From a virus (Duplodnaviria; Caudoviricetes), in the IMG/VR virus record IMGVR_UViG_3300028588_000015, positions 32,001-96,000 of that record: DNA of 64,000 nucleotides; one strand, given 5' to 3'. Position 1 is the stretch's first letter. Each line of letters starts with the position of its first letter. Below the pieces are notes generated by a model. That model worked only from the letters and a program-made list of their open reading frames with translations, made no database searches and had not been told where the DNA came from. Made by a program: the position numbers and the translations under genes. This document shows, piece by piece, positions 27,431-37,728 of the stretch.

Positions 27431-28515
27431 TTCGTTCTCCGTTTCAATTGATCCAAGTAAATTGCCATTTTCTGGTTGTAGATGTCATTGGGTACCCACC
27501 ATTCCAAATCCCTGGTCTCGGGATTGATCCGTGGATAACCTCGGTTATTGAAGATACTCAGGAATTCAATGTCGACCAGTTTATACATACTGCTACGGTA
27601 CTGGTTGCGCATCGTGTCATTGAACAGTTGCACAGTGCGGTTAAATTCATGGATCAGGAGTGGGTCTTCGTACATCGCACCCACAGCGCGGAAGTTCACC
27701 GAGATTGTGTCGAATGCATTGTTGATCGGCGACTCGGCTGAGAAGTTAAACAAGGCGCCCATCGGTGCTGAACTGGGGATTGCGGCGCCACAGGCCGAGA
27801 TCGCTTGGACCTTGGTTTTGGTGACGTCCAAAACCAAACGGTAGATGCGCGTTTGGTAGTCGATTTCGTTTTCGATGATGTGCTCAAAATAGGGCACCAA
27901 GATGCCTTGATAGATGAGCGACATGTAGTGAATCCATGCGAAGAATAACAGTATGATAGGACTGCCAGGCATGTTGCGGAAATCGGCCGTAATATCGTAT
28001 GCTGAATAGTCCTGCGCAACGCTATCGACCATCATCCAGGTTTGTTTGTATGCGCCGTCTGGTGCCACATAGGTGTCGGCTTTCAAATCCGGCCACCCAC
28101 TCATGGACGTGAGGTTATTGGTCAGTAACGGCAGGAACGCTTGCTGGTTGTCAATGAACGGGCAGCGAATGCCCTTCTTGACCAACTCCCGGTCCAACAT
28201 GTTACGAATAGCGCGCTGGACGCTTTCTTCTTTTGTTGTCAACAACGGCGTCAGTTGCCGAGAGTTGTTGAGGTTCTCGGTGGTGAGGTTAAAGTGCGGC
28301 CGCGTGAAGAACGTCAAGCCGTGAAAATCTTTGTTGATCGGCGTGGCAGCAGGTGTCTGGCGGTGGTTAATACCGTAGAAACTGTTACCGATCGCCGCAT
28401 CGATCTCGCCCAGTGACGTTGTTTGAAAAACTTGGTTGATCGCTTCTGGAATAGAATCGTAATTGATCTTTTGAATGATCTCTGCGATATCGAATTTGTT
28501 AGCACTATCGGCCAT
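27427..28515 (-). CDS. Virion structural protein, probable tail-tube/baseplate initiator fold (phiKZ gp88-like)
   Basis: 362 aa; LTFFTRPHFNL and AAIPSSAPMGALFNF segments; overlaps the next gene; synteny. Confidence 0.6.
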   Translation of the reverse strand: MADSANKFDIAEIIQKINYDSIPEAINQVFQTTSLGEIDAAIGNSFYGINHRQTPAATPINKDFHGLTFFTRPHFNLTTENLNNSRQLTPLLTTKEESVQRAIRNMLDRELVKKGIRCPFIDNQQAFLPLLTNNLTSMSGWPDLKADTYVAPDGAYKQTWMMVDSVAQDYSAYDITADFRNMPGSPIILLFFAWIHYMSLIYQGILVPYFEHIIENEIDYQTRIYRLVLDVTKTKVQAISACGAAIPSSAPMGALFNFSAESPINNAFDTISVNFRAVGAMYEDPLLIHEFNRTVQLFNDTMRNQYRSSMYKLVDIEFLSIFNNRGYPRINPETRDLEWWVPNDIYNQKMAIYLDQLKRRTK

Positions 28516-28544
28516 CTAAAACCCCATGTAAAAGGAAACGAAAT

Positions 28545-29627
28545 ATGTCAGATTCTCCGACCTTGCTTGCGTTTGTGCGCAAGATCCAGGACCTGTGGCG
28601 CGCCGGTAAGTCCGACTCGCTGATCGACTACACGCAAGAGTCGCGGGTCGAACCGAAGGTGCTCATCGGTACCGACGTGCTCTACAGCGAAATGCTGCCG
28701 GATGTGATGCAGTCCGAGTTGTCCCAGTTCGCGGCGCTGTACTTGCAAGGCATCGCGATCTCGATGACGGTCGGCAACATCGAAGTCCAGCGCACTCTGT
28801 CCAAGCTGAACCCGAAACGCAGTGTGGCCGATGCCGCCGCCGACTCGGCTGGCTGGCTCATGGCCCAGGAAAACTACCAGTATCGTCTGCCGACCCCGGA
28901 AGCCAAAATGGCTCTGGAAGCCGTCAACGACCGTCTCGGCGAAGCGCAAACCTTCCAAGTGCACCGCGACACCAATCGCGAGATCAAAGAGCTGAGCAAT
29001 CTGTCGGTGGGTAAACTGCTGATGGTGGAAGTCGGCGACGGCCTGCACAAAGCCACCATCCCAGTCGCGGTTCGGCTGGAGGCGACAAGCCTCCCAACTG
29101 AGCGACTGGCTCATATCTTAGCGATCGGCGCCAAGGACATCAGCGTGAAAGAGCGCTGGAAGCAAGTCACTTACGGCGAAATTGAGATGATGCGTGACTT
29201 CATCCTCAACACCGATCTGGTCGAAGAACACCGCAAAAACCTGAAGGCTGACACCGACGGCGTCTACGCGGAACTGCTGGCCCGCCGCCGCGGCAACCAA
29301 CTGTCCGCGATCGTCTCGGCCAACCCATCGGTCGCCACCGCGTCGAACATCGCGATCATCTCGCGTGAAACCGCCAACCAGCTGGAAATGCTGGTCAACG
29401 GTAAACTGTCGAACCCGAAGGTGCGTGAAAACATCTTCCGCGACAAGTCGCTCATGAAGCTGACCATCATCGACCAAGCCGACTCGCGCGTGACGTTCTA
29501 CTCGCGCGGTATCGCCCACGGCACCGAAGTCGGTATCCGTGACCTGCGTGATTCGAACAAAGGTAGCGGCCCGAACGTGTCAGACATTTTAAGAGCGTAT
29601 CAGCTTGGGAATAGTCCGATGTTGTAA
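28545..29627 (+). CDS. Inner-body/head protein (phiKZ gp89-like by synteny)
   Basis: 360 aa with AQE/ALE motifs and strong codon bias. Confidence 0.65.
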   Translation: MSDSPTLLAFVRKIQDLWRAGKSDSLIDYTQESRVEPKVLIGTDVLYSEMLPDVMQSELSQFAALYLQGIAISMTVGNIEVQRTLSKLNPKRSVADAAADSAGWLMAQENYQYRLPTPEAKMALEAVNDRLGEAQTFQVHRDTNREIKELSNLSVGKLLMVEVGDGLHKATIPVAVRLEATSLPTERLAHILAIGAKDISVKERWKQVTYGEIEMMRDFILNTDLVEEHRKNLKADTDGVYAELLARRRGNQLSAIVSANPSVATASNIAIISRETANQLEMLVNGKLSNPKVRENIFRDKSLMKLTIIDQADSRVTFYSRGIAHGTEVGIRDLRDSNKGSGPNVSDILRAYQLGNSPML

Positions 29628-29678
29628 AATCGAACCTGATTTAAGTAAATCCTATCTTATCTTAAAGGCTATTCACCC

Positions 29679-30581
29679 ATGTCCATGAAAAAATTCAGCG
29701 ACTTTCTCGCGTCGCTGCTGCCCAACTTCGACAAAGACCGTGTCCTCGAAGACATCCGTCTGCGTCGGGGCGAGATCAAAGAGACCACCCGGCCGGCCTA
29801 CGAAGGCGCCGCGCCATTCCTGGCTCGCTGGGACGTCAAGTCCAAGGAAGTGAAAGACCTGCAAACGGCTTTCCAGCGCGTGACGCATTCGCGTGACAAC
29901 ATGTTCACGCACATCCACAAAGCCTTCCCGGCGATCCTCGAGAACCTCGAAGAAGTCGAACGCCTCGTGGAAACCGTCTACAACGAAGACGTTGCCAGTG
30001 CCGGCCTGTCGTACCTGAAGGCCAACCTGCTGCAATTCGTCGAATGCACGGGCTTCGTGGCGCGTTACGCTCGTAAGCTCCTGTCCTACGTGTTCATCCA
30101 CGAGACCGGCGAATACGAACAAGGCGGCACTAACATCGCCGAAAGCCTGACCCCGTACGAACGCGGCTACGTCGAAGCGAACTTCGCCAACTTCTGCCAA
30201 GCACTGGTGGCGATCTCGGGCAACCCTGCCAACGTCAAACACGCCCTGAAGGAAGTGCCGGATGTCGTGATCACCAACGACAACGTCAGTTCGCTGGCCA
30301 AGACGATGGGCGAAGACAAACTCGATCCGCTCGACATGCGTTTCATCACGGGTGTCTGGTCGCCGATCTACCACATCCGCATGTTCGTGGCGGAATACCA
30401 AGATGCGCGCTACAAAGAAGCCAAGGAAGAACTGGCTACCCTGCAACTGCGTCAACTGAATCTGGAACAGACGAAAGCCGGTAAACCCGATGCCGCTGTT
30501 CAGAAAAAGATCGACGCCCTCGAGCGCCGCATCCAAGATCAGACGGTCAAGATCAAGCGCATGGAGGAAGACAATGGCTAA
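29679..30581 (+). CDS. Abundant head protein (phiKZ gp90-like by synteny)
   Basis: 300 aa, helical, C-terminal coiled coil, strong codon bias. Confidence 0.65.
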   Translation: MSMKKFSDFLASLLPNFDKDRVLEDIRLRRGEIKETTRPAYEGAAPFLARWDVKSKEVKDLQTAFQRVTHSRDNMFTHIHKAFPAILENLEEVERLVETVYNEDVASAGLSYLKANLLQFVECTGFVARYARKLLSYVFIHETGEYEQGGTNIAESLTPYERGYVEANFANFCQALVAISGNPANVKHALKEVPDVVITNDNVSSLAKTMGEDKLDPLDMRFITGVWSPIYHIRMFVAEYQDARYKEAKEELATLQLRQLNLEQTKAGKPDAAVQKKIDALERRIQDQTVKIKRMEEDNG

Positions 30582-31176
30582 GACTCGCCCTGGCTGGCGG
30601 CTCTACCCACGTGGTTTCATTGGCGGTATTCCTGCCACCAAGATGGAAAAGATGGAACCACGCGTGACAAGCTTCTCGCATGAGCAAGGCCGTATTGTTG
30701 TGTCCCAGCCTGGCGACAGTGAACTGTGTGTCAACGACAATATCGAGTACTTGTATGCGACATACATCAAGTGCTCCGGCCAAGTCACCACACTGGAATA
30801 CCGCGACAAGATTCTGAAGGCAGCGCTGATCGCGTTCGGGACGATGTCGTTCTTCCGTTGGTACACCGAACAACGCGTCAGTCCCGGCATGGGCGACTTG
30901 CAGTATCGTTTCCTGGCCGACACCCTGCGCTTCATCCAGGGCGGACGCCGGATGGTGGACATTCAGATGTGGGAAACCATTCTGACCGCTACCCAGGCCA
31001 CTGACGTGAATAAGAATTACGTCGAGGCCTGCTACGATTTCTTCGGCGCCTACCCGACTGATTTCAAACCGCAGACCAATGACCGCCTTATCGACGTCAT
31101 TCAAATGTGGTGCAGCCGCCCGAATGGTATTGAAGATTTGCTGCAATCTCTTCACTTATTGTTTGGGAACCCGTAA
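30574..31176 (+). CDS. Conserved hypothetical protein
   Basis: ATG at 30574 behind GGAGG, overlapping the previous stop; 200 aa. Confidence 0.65.
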   Translation: MAKTRPGWRLYPRGFIGGIPATKMEKMEPRVTSFSHEQGRIVVSQPGDSELCVNDNIEYLYATYIKCSGQVTTLEYRDKILKAALIAFGTMSFFRWYTEQRVSPGMGDLQYRFLADTLRFIQGGRRMVDIQMWETILTATQATDVNKNYVEACYDFFGAYPTDFKPQTNDRLIDVIQMWCSRPNGIEDLLQSLHLLFGNP

Positions 31177-31295
31177 TTCACGGCGACCGCCGTTATTAAA
31201 TAGTATAGTGGCCTTTTAACTGGTCATGAATTTACTCGCGAGTAAAGTCTCTACTATCCCACTCCAAATTACCCTATTGCAATAGGAGCTTCACA

Positions 31296-32633
31296 ATGCG
31301 TAAACTCGGAATCATCTCCCTGGAAAACGAGGGCGAATCCCAACTGGAAGGCGGCGGCGAAGGCGTCGTCGAAGACAACGCGAACTCGGCGGAAACCGCC
31401 ATGCTGGAAGTGGCCGACAGCGAAGCCGAAGGTGCCGAAGGCGATGCCGCCGTCGACGAAGCCGTCGAAGCCGTGTCCTCGCTCGAAGCCTACTGCGTCG
31501 CCCTGGAAGCAGCCAACGCCACCGGCGGCCTGACCCGCGAAGGCGCCGCCGTCATGAACATCGGCCTGGAACACATCTACAGCCAACTGGGCTTCCGCAA
31601 GGAAGACACCAAGGTCGTGTCGATGGAAAACTTCGGCCAAGCATCGTCGCGTGCCAACGCCACCCAGATCGCCATGGAAAGCGTGAAGGACAAGCTAAAG
31701 GAAATCTGGGCGGCCATCATCGCGCACATCAAGAAAGCGATCGAATGGGTCAAGGGCCACTTCAACAAGATTTTCGGCACCGCCGAGCGTCTCCAGAAGC
31801 GCGCCAAGGCCCTGTCCCAAGCGGCCGGCTCGGCCAACGTCAGCGGCCAACCGAAAGAAAAGACCTTCGAAAACGAGCGTCTGGTCAAGGCCCTGCACAT
31901 CAACGGCGCCATCCCGGCGGACCTGCCGAAAGAGCTGACCAAGATCAAGACCGTTGCCGACAACGTGTTCACCCAGATCGCCGACTTCAACGGCAAGGGC
32001 GCCGAAGCTCTGCTGGAAGAAATGGGCAAGACCGATGGCAAGCTCGCCGACATCAAGACCGTACCGCTGCCGCAAGGCGCCGTCGCCAAGGTCAACAACC
32101 CGAAGGGCGCGGGTTTCGCTGAGCCGGTCGCTGGCCTGTCCCTGTTCCGCGGCCCGGTGATGCTCGGCAACAAGGCCGTCATCGTCGAAGCGCCGAGCCA
32201 AGCCCTGAGCGGCGAACAAGCGGTCACGCCGGCATCGAAAACCTCGATGGCCCTGGGCGCCTTCGACCCGAAAGCCAGCGAGCCGAGCGGCACCACCGTG
32301 CATGTGATCGATGGTGGCAAGATCGCCGCCGTGGCCGATGAAGTCGACGCCATGATGACCGACGTCATCAAGTACCGCGCCAAGCTGGGCAAGTTCGGCG
32401 ACCTGAAGTCGAAGATCGTCGCCGCCGCCGAGCGCGCCGGCAAGGATTCGAACACCGAAGAAAACAAGGACAAGGCCGCTTGGCACGGCGCGATGCAGAA
32501 GATCGCGACCAACGTCGTGAACAACCTGGACCGCGGCCCGGCCGCCATGTCGATCTACGTGCTGAACACCGCCAAGGCCGCGCTGGACCTGGCCGAGCAG
32601 TCGCTCAAGCAGTACACCGCCAACAAGAAGTAA
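31296..32633 (+). CDS. phiKZ-like internal head protein (gp93-97 family)
   Basis: Acidic propeptide with many SLE/ALE/SME/AME sites, then AMESVKDKLKEIWAAIIAHIKKAIEWV...F; extreme codon bias. Confidence 0.8.
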   Translation: MRKLGIISLENEGESQLEGGGEGVVEDNANSAETAMLEVADSEAEGAEGDAAVDEAVEAVSSLEAYCVALEAANATGGLTREGAAVMNIGLEHIYSQLGFRKEDTKVVSMENFGQASSRANATQIAMESVKDKLKEIWAAIIAHIKKAIEWVKGHFNKIFGTAERLQKRAKALSQAAGSANVSGQPKEKTFENERLVKALHINGAIPADLPKELTKIKTVADNVFTQIADFNGKGAEALLEEMGKTDGKLADIKTVPLPQGAVAKVNNPKGAGFAEPVAGLSLFRGPVMLGNKAVIVEAPSQALSGEQAVTPASKTSMALGAFDPKASEPSGTTVHVIDGGKIAAVADEVDAMMTDVIKYRAKLGKFGDLKSKIVAAAERAGKDSNTEENKDKAAWHGAMQKIATNVVNNLDRGPAAMSIYVLNTAKAALDLAEQSLKQYTANKK

Positions 32634-32710
32634 TCCTGTCTGATCCGGCCACGGGGTGGGCAAATCCCACCCCGGTCGATCTCTACCATTTAAATCCGCA
32701 AAGGTAAAGC

Positions 32711-34084
32711 ATGCGCGCACTCCTGAATTCCGCAATGGAAGGCTTCTCGACTTCGACCAACAACCTGGTCCTGTCGCTGGAAGACGAACAAAACATGATC
32801 GCCGAGGCCACCCAAGAAGGTGCCGAGATCAACACCGAACTGGGCGAAGTCGACCGCATGGCCGACATGTCGGACGCGCTGGAAGACCTGGCCGTGACCG
32901 CCGACGCGATCGCGGGCACCGACGGCACCGGTGAAGCCACCGACAACGAAGCCAACCTGATGGACACCGCGGCCAACGCCGCCGTCGCCGGCACCGACAT
33001 CGAAGCGTCGGAAATCGTGCCAGCGCTGGAAAGCCATGGCGGCCGCCGCCGCTACTCGGCCGAATCGATCCGCGAGCGCGCCCGTTCGATCTGGGAAGCG
33101 ATCAAGAAGATCCTGAAGCATGTGTGGGAAAAGATCACCTCCTTCATGTACAAGATGTTCGGCACCATCCCGACCCTGCGCCGCCGCGTCCAGGACCTGA
33201 AGAAGCGCGTCGAGGACAACAGCAGCCGCACCATCGCCGAGAAGAAGGTCACCATCTCGTCGGGCGTCGCCTCGCTGTCGGCCAACTACAAAACCCCGTC
33301 CAACGAAGGCGAGCTGCGCAAGAACTATACGTACCTGCTGAACGCTGCGAAGGTCACCTACGGCGACAACTTCGATGAAATGATCGACGTGGGCGAGGCA
33401 GTCCACGAAGCCATTACCGACTTCGATGCCGATAAGCCGGCCGAGACGGCCGAATCGGGTCTGAAGAAGATCGAGGCCGCCATGGCCAAAGTCAAGCCGT
33501 CCGGTATCAGCCTGCATTCGGTCTCGGGCAACCGCTTCGGCGAACACGTTGACGCGCAGATGACGGAGCCGATGCTGGGCAACGTCAGTATCGTCGTCAA
33601 GAAGCCGACCTACATCAGCCACAAGGCCGGCGCCGGCTCGACCATCGGCAAGCTGGAACAGCTGCGCGGTTTCGGCGTCGAGATCGTCCAGACCTCGGAG
33701 AAACCGAAAGACACCCCGAACAACTTCGAGATGTCGACCGCCACCAACGCCGGCATGAAGTCGATGCTGGAAGACGTGCTGGAAATGCTGGACATCCTCG
33801 AGAAGTTCCAGCGCGGCAAGCGCGCCGACGAGATGAAGAAGCTGAAGACCAAGCTGGAATCGGCTTCCGACAAGGCCACCGCTTCGATGAAGAAGATCGA
33901 GGGCAAGGACGACAAGGACGAGATGAAGGCCGTCCCGTACTACCGCGCCCTGCTGAACTTCAACCAGGCGTACGCGCGCTGGGTGAAGGACCCGGCCCTG
34001 CCGATGGTCAGCTACGCCCTGGCGTCGTCGCGCGGTGTGATCAACGTCGTGCAGAAGTCGTTGTCGAACTACAAGACCGCGTAA
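32711..34084 (+). CDS. phiKZ-like internal head protein, paralog 2
   Basis: Same architecture: AME, SLE, ALE, SAES then IWEAIKKILKHVWEKI. Confidence 0.8.
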   Translation: MRALLNSAMEGFSTSTNNLVLSLEDEQNMIAEATQEGAEINTELGEVDRMADMSDALEDLAVTADAIAGTDGTGEATDNEANLMDTAANAAVAGTDIEASEIVPALESHGGRRRYSAESIRERARSIWEAIKKILKHVWEKITSFMYKMFGTIPTLRRRVQDLKKRVEDNSSRTIAEKKVTISSGVASLSANYKTPSNEGELRKNYTYLLNAAKVTYGDNFDEMIDVGEAVHEAITDFDADKPAETAESGLKKIEAAMAKVKPSGISLHSVSGNRFGEHVDAQMTEPMLGNVSIVVKKPTYISHKAGAGSTIGKLEQLRGFGVEIVQTSEKPKDTPNNFEMSTATNAGMKSMLEDVLEMLDILEKFQRGKRADEMKKLKTKLESASDKATASMKKIEGKDDKDEMKAVPYYRALLNFNQAYARWVKDPALPMVSYALASSRGVINVVQKSLSNYKTA

Positions 34085-34110
34085 GCGCTCGGCCTGGTCT
34101 CGATGACATG

Positions 34111-34148
34111 AAAAGCCACCCGGTTCGTCCGGGTGGCTTTTTTGCCGC
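34111..34148 (+). terminator. Intrinsic terminator
   Basis: AAAAGCCACCCGG/CCGGGTGGCTTTT stem, T-tract, then GCCGC. Confidence 0.75.
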
Positions 34149-34218
34149 AAACTCAAAACTGAAGAGTGCAATTTTATGTAATGGAGTTTTTCCCTAATCA
34201 ATACAAAGAAAGCGGAGC

Positions 34219-35754
34219 ATGCCTAAAATCATCCTGATGGTCCCCGAGACCGAGAGCACGATCACGCGTCCGATCGCCACTGAAGTTACGCGCACCTTGA
34301 TGGCGTTGACTGGCATCTCCGAAGACGCCACCCAAATCTTCTTCCCGAGCCCTTCTGGTCACGTGGCTCAGCCGGGTTCCACGTTGACAGGGGATGCACT
34401 TCCCAATAAGCTGGCAAGCGACCAGCGGATTAAGATCGAAGTCGACGAAGAAAGTAAAGCCGAAGACTTGCACCAACTCGTGACTCACCGTCCCGAGAAT
34501 CGCCTGATTTTCGTGGATAACGATTTGGACGTTGTTATCCGTCCTGTCTACGCTACGACCACCATGACGATCAATTTCACATACCGGGCTGCGGATAAGA
34601 CTGGTGCAGAACGCTGGCGCGACGGCATTAAGACCCGTATGGCAATGATGATGCAACCGCAACTGCTCAGTGTTGCGTACAACTTCGCTATTCCAGATGC
34701 AATGTTGGTCATTCTGGAAGAAATCCATCGCTTGCGTGAAGCCAAGCATGGATACGGCCAATCGTGGCCCAAGTATTTCAACGACAATTCATCCAAGCTC
34801 CTGTCGACACTGTCCAACCTGATCGGTGAACAACAGGTACTGGCCTTATCGGAAAGACAGACCCGGATACCGGGCATGTTCGATTTCGAAGCCGAACCCG
34901 AGAAAGGGCAGAAAGAAGGCGAGACGGAAGCATGGTCGATTTCGTTCAGCTACACCTTCCAATACGCCAAGGCGATTGCGTGCCAAATGGTGTACCCGTT
35001 GGTGGTGCATAATCAGCCGCTCACCAAATTCATTCCGACGGCACCGATGGAGACCCAAGAAGACCATCTGACGGGCTTTAGCGCGTCATCATGGGCTTTA
35101 GCGCACTTCGAGTCAGGTAGCTGGGGTCAACCCATCTCGCGCCGCCACGGTTACGCTATTCCAGCCTATGACGAATTCATTCCGCTCTTTGCGATGCCCG
35201 CCACCCAAAGGGTAGTCACCAGTCTTGTTTTGATCGACGATGCCGCCCCTAATCTGTTGATGAACTTGGCCGAGATAGACGATGATTTTGCATTCAAGCC
35301 CGAAGTCTTGGACTTCTTGAAGAGTGAAGTGGCTTCTCTTCCCAAGCCGTACCAGTCGATTTTCCACGTGTCATTGTACGGTAACGTCGATTTGATGCCG
35401 AACAGCATTCTTGAAGTGCGAAACAATCTGGATGTAGTGACCACCCGTCTGCTGTCGCCGCGTCAGTACTATCATGTCCGTTTGAGCCTAGTGGACGACC
35501 TGCGTCGCCTGGACCGAGACGCTCTAGAACGCGCCCGTATTCACGGTGTGGCTTTGGTCGAAATCCTCAAAGCGCTGGAGCCATCACTAGAAGAACGTGG
35601 CCTGTTGCCGCCGGTGACGAAACGTGGCCATATCCGCAGTGACGACTTGGAAGCGGTGATGCGTATCCTCGAACGCCCACTCCGTCTCACCGACGAAACG
35701 ACCATCAAGCAATTTAACACGGTACAAACCCTGTTCATTAAAGCGAGTAAGTGA
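34219..35754 (+). CDS. Virion structural protein (phiKZ gp98-like by synteny)
   Basis: 511-aa ORF, first of four tightly coupled genes. Confidence 0.65.
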   Translation: MPKIILMVPETESTITRPIATEVTRTLMALTGISEDATQIFFPSPSGHVAQPGSTLTGDALPNKLASDQRIKIEVDEESKAEDLHQLVTHRPENRLIFVDNDLDVVIRPVYATTTMTINFTYRAADKTGAERWRDGIKTRMAMMMQPQLLSVAYNFAIPDAMLVILEEIHRLREAKHGYGQSWPKYFNDNSSKLLSTLSNLIGEQQVLALSERQTRIPGMFDFEAEPEKGQKEGETEAWSISFSYTFQYAKAIACQMVYPLVVHNQPLTKFIPTAPMETQEDHLTGFSASSWALAHFESGSWGQPISRRHGYAIPAYDEFIPLFAMPATQRVVTSLVLIDDAAPNLLMNLAEIDDDFAFKPEVLDFLKSEVASLPKPYQSIFHVSLYGNVDLMPNSILEVRNNLDVVTTRLLSPRQYYHVRLSLVDDLRRLDRDALERARIHGVALVEILKALEPSLEERGLLPPVTKRGHIRSDDLEAVMRILERPLRLTDETTIKQFNTVQTLFIKASK

Positions 35755-37118
35755 TGCCTGTATTTAACCCCAAACCCACTGCCCCGCCAGTCGCTGTCGA
35801 CAGTCCGGTACAATCCCTGGCACCGGAAAATAAAAACATCTTGGTCGATTCCCGTTACATCCCGATGACTGCCCTGCTTTCGCACGTCGAAGGCAGCCCG
35901 TGGATGTGCGACTACTATGCCCAGGTGCTCGACAAAGACACCGCGTTATCCGGGCAACAACTGAACCGTCTCGGCATTAACCAGCAGTACCGGTTGGTTC
36001 AACAGTTCGAACTGCGTGTCACTTCGCCTCTGCAAGGTGACCAAGACACGGAATCTAACGCCATGCCGCTTGAAGGTGTGTCCAACGTCTTCCCGTGCTT
36101 GGTGCCCAACGTGGGGGACATGTTCATCGCGGACATTGGCGATGGCCGCTTGGGTGTTTTCCAAGTGACTGAGTCCAAACGCAAATCGGTGATGAAAGAC
36201 ACCATCCACGAGATCAGCTATCAATGGGTGGCCTATGCGACGAAGGAGCGTCTTGACGATCTAAACAACAAGGTCGTCAAGAAGAATGTCTTTGTGCTTG
36301 ACTTGATGATCAACGACAAAGACCCGTTCTTGGCTGATGAAGACTACAAGAGCCGCTCGCAATTGGCGCAGGTCTATCGGGAATTGGTGCCGATGTATTT
36401 CCGCTCGTTCTACGACCACGAGTTCGCTACGCTTATGGTGCCGGATCAGGATTCGCCCACCTACGACCCCTTGTTGGTGGCGGCTGTGCTGTCCATTGTC
36501 GACACATCGCAAGCGCTCGAGATCGCCAAGGTGCGACGCCTGAACGTTGATGACGACGAAGCCCTGACGGCGGTGAACGTCTGGACGGTTTTGCTCGAAC
36601 GCAGCAAGATGCAACAACAGCGCGCCTTTACCCGGGCCTCAACCACGACCGCGCGCGCATTCATGCGTCTGGCCCAGTTCGAAGGTATCTACCACAGCGG
36701 CGTGCACTACGTGGTGTACCCGATCGACCCCGAGCGCTCGATCTCGCCCCGGCGGCTACTCAACAGCAAGGTGTTGACCGAACCCATTCAGCGCCCTGAA
36801 TACGACGATTTCGTCAATGGCTTCACCGTGCCCGTCCTGAGCGGTTTGGACAACGTTGAAGGACACGCCATTCAACCGAGCATCCCGGCAGCGGGTGCCA
36901 CGGATTACTATGTGTTCAGTGAAGCTTTCTACGATGGGCTGCGTAAAGACCAGTCGCGACTGGAAAACTTGGTGCAAGACTATATCGACGAAGTCGCGAT
37001 CGACCCAGCTGCTCTACTCAAAATCGTGCGCGATTATCCCAACTGGGCAACACTGGACCAGTTCTACTATGGACCAGTCGTCATGCTGTTGATGCGTCAC
37101 GTCGTGGAGCGTTTCTAA
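35751..37118 (+). CDS. Virion structural protein (phiKZ gp99-like by synteny)
   Basis: 455 aa; VEGSPWMCDYY and PCLVPNVGDMFIADIGDGR beta-barrel-like motif. Confidence 0.65.
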   Translation: MMPVFNPKPTAPPVAVDSPVQSLAPENKNILVDSRYIPMTALLSHVEGSPWMCDYYAQVLDKDTALSGQQLNRLGINQQYRLVQQFELRVTSPLQGDQDTESNAMPLEGVSNVFPCLVPNVGDMFIADIGDGRLGVFQVTESKRKSVMKDTIHEISYQWVAYATKERLDDLNNKVVKKNVFVLDLMINDKDPFLADEDYKSRSQLAQVYRELVPMYFRSFYDHEFATLMVPDQDSPTYDPLLVAAVLSIVDTSQALEIAKVRRLNVDDDEALTAVNVWTVLLERSKMQQQRAFTRASTTTARAFMRLAQFEGIYHSGVHYVVYPIDPERSISPRRLLNSKVLTEPIQRPEYDDFVNGFTVPVLSGLDNVEGHAIQPSIPAAGATDYYVFSEAFYDGLRKDQSRLENLVQDYIDEVAIDPAALLKIVRDYPNWATLDQFYYGPVVMLLMRHVVERF

Positions 37119-37726
37119 TGGCTTGGCTACCTGAAGATCAGCGCGACACCCGGTACTACCTGTGGGAACCGAAGTTTCTCTGTCGCATGCGGTATAGCGA
37201 CAGCATGACGATCGGCCAACTCAGAAGTCGCGGGATTTATACCAGCGGCGACCCGGTGGAAGACAAACGCATGATGAACAGTCAGACGAATTTCTACCTG
37301 TCTATCAACGACATGGTGGAGTATTTTCGTCAAGGGATTGTGGTGTCAGTACTGGACCGTGCGGACACGGCAACGATTTACGAGCACATCAGCAACCACA
37401 TCAATGCTTTCCGAGAGGAAATTAACAAAGCGTTCACGATGGACCACATCCCGCTGGATGACCTCGTGTTACTGGATCAGTTTGCCAGTACGGTTTACGA
37501 ACATGCCAAGCATGAATTTACCAAGGATGCAGCGCACAGCCTCATTGCGCGACGTATGGATGCGCTGGCCGGATTTACGCCGAGTAACATCCTGGGTGAA
37601 GAAAAGCGTGCTGCCGTGCCCGCCACCACTCCAGAGGGTGAAGAAGAGGACGATGGTTATCAGAAACGCGATAGTTTGGCGGATTACTTTACCGGTTTGA
37701 TCCGTTCGCAGCGTAGGGCCTTTTAA
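37118..37726 (+). CDS. Conserved hypothetical protein (gp100-like by synteny)
   Basis: 202 aa, overlapping start and stop with the previous gene. Confidence 0.65.
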   Translation: MAWLPEDQRDTRYYLWEPKFLCRMRYSDSMTIGQLRSRGIYTSGDPVEDKRMMNSQTNFYLSINDMVEYFRQGIVVSVLDRADTATIYEHISNHINAFREEINKAFTMDHIPLDDLVLLDQFASTVYEHAKHEFTKDAAHSLIARRMDALAGFTPSNILGEEKRAAVPATTPEGEEEDDGYQKRDSLADYFTGLIRSQRRAF

Positions 37727-37728
37727 TC

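Noticed and set aside
29673-34201. Minus-strand ORFs of 287-503 aa opposite the inner-head genes
   Set aside because: Produced by the scarcity of stop codons in the reverse frames of C/G-ending codons.
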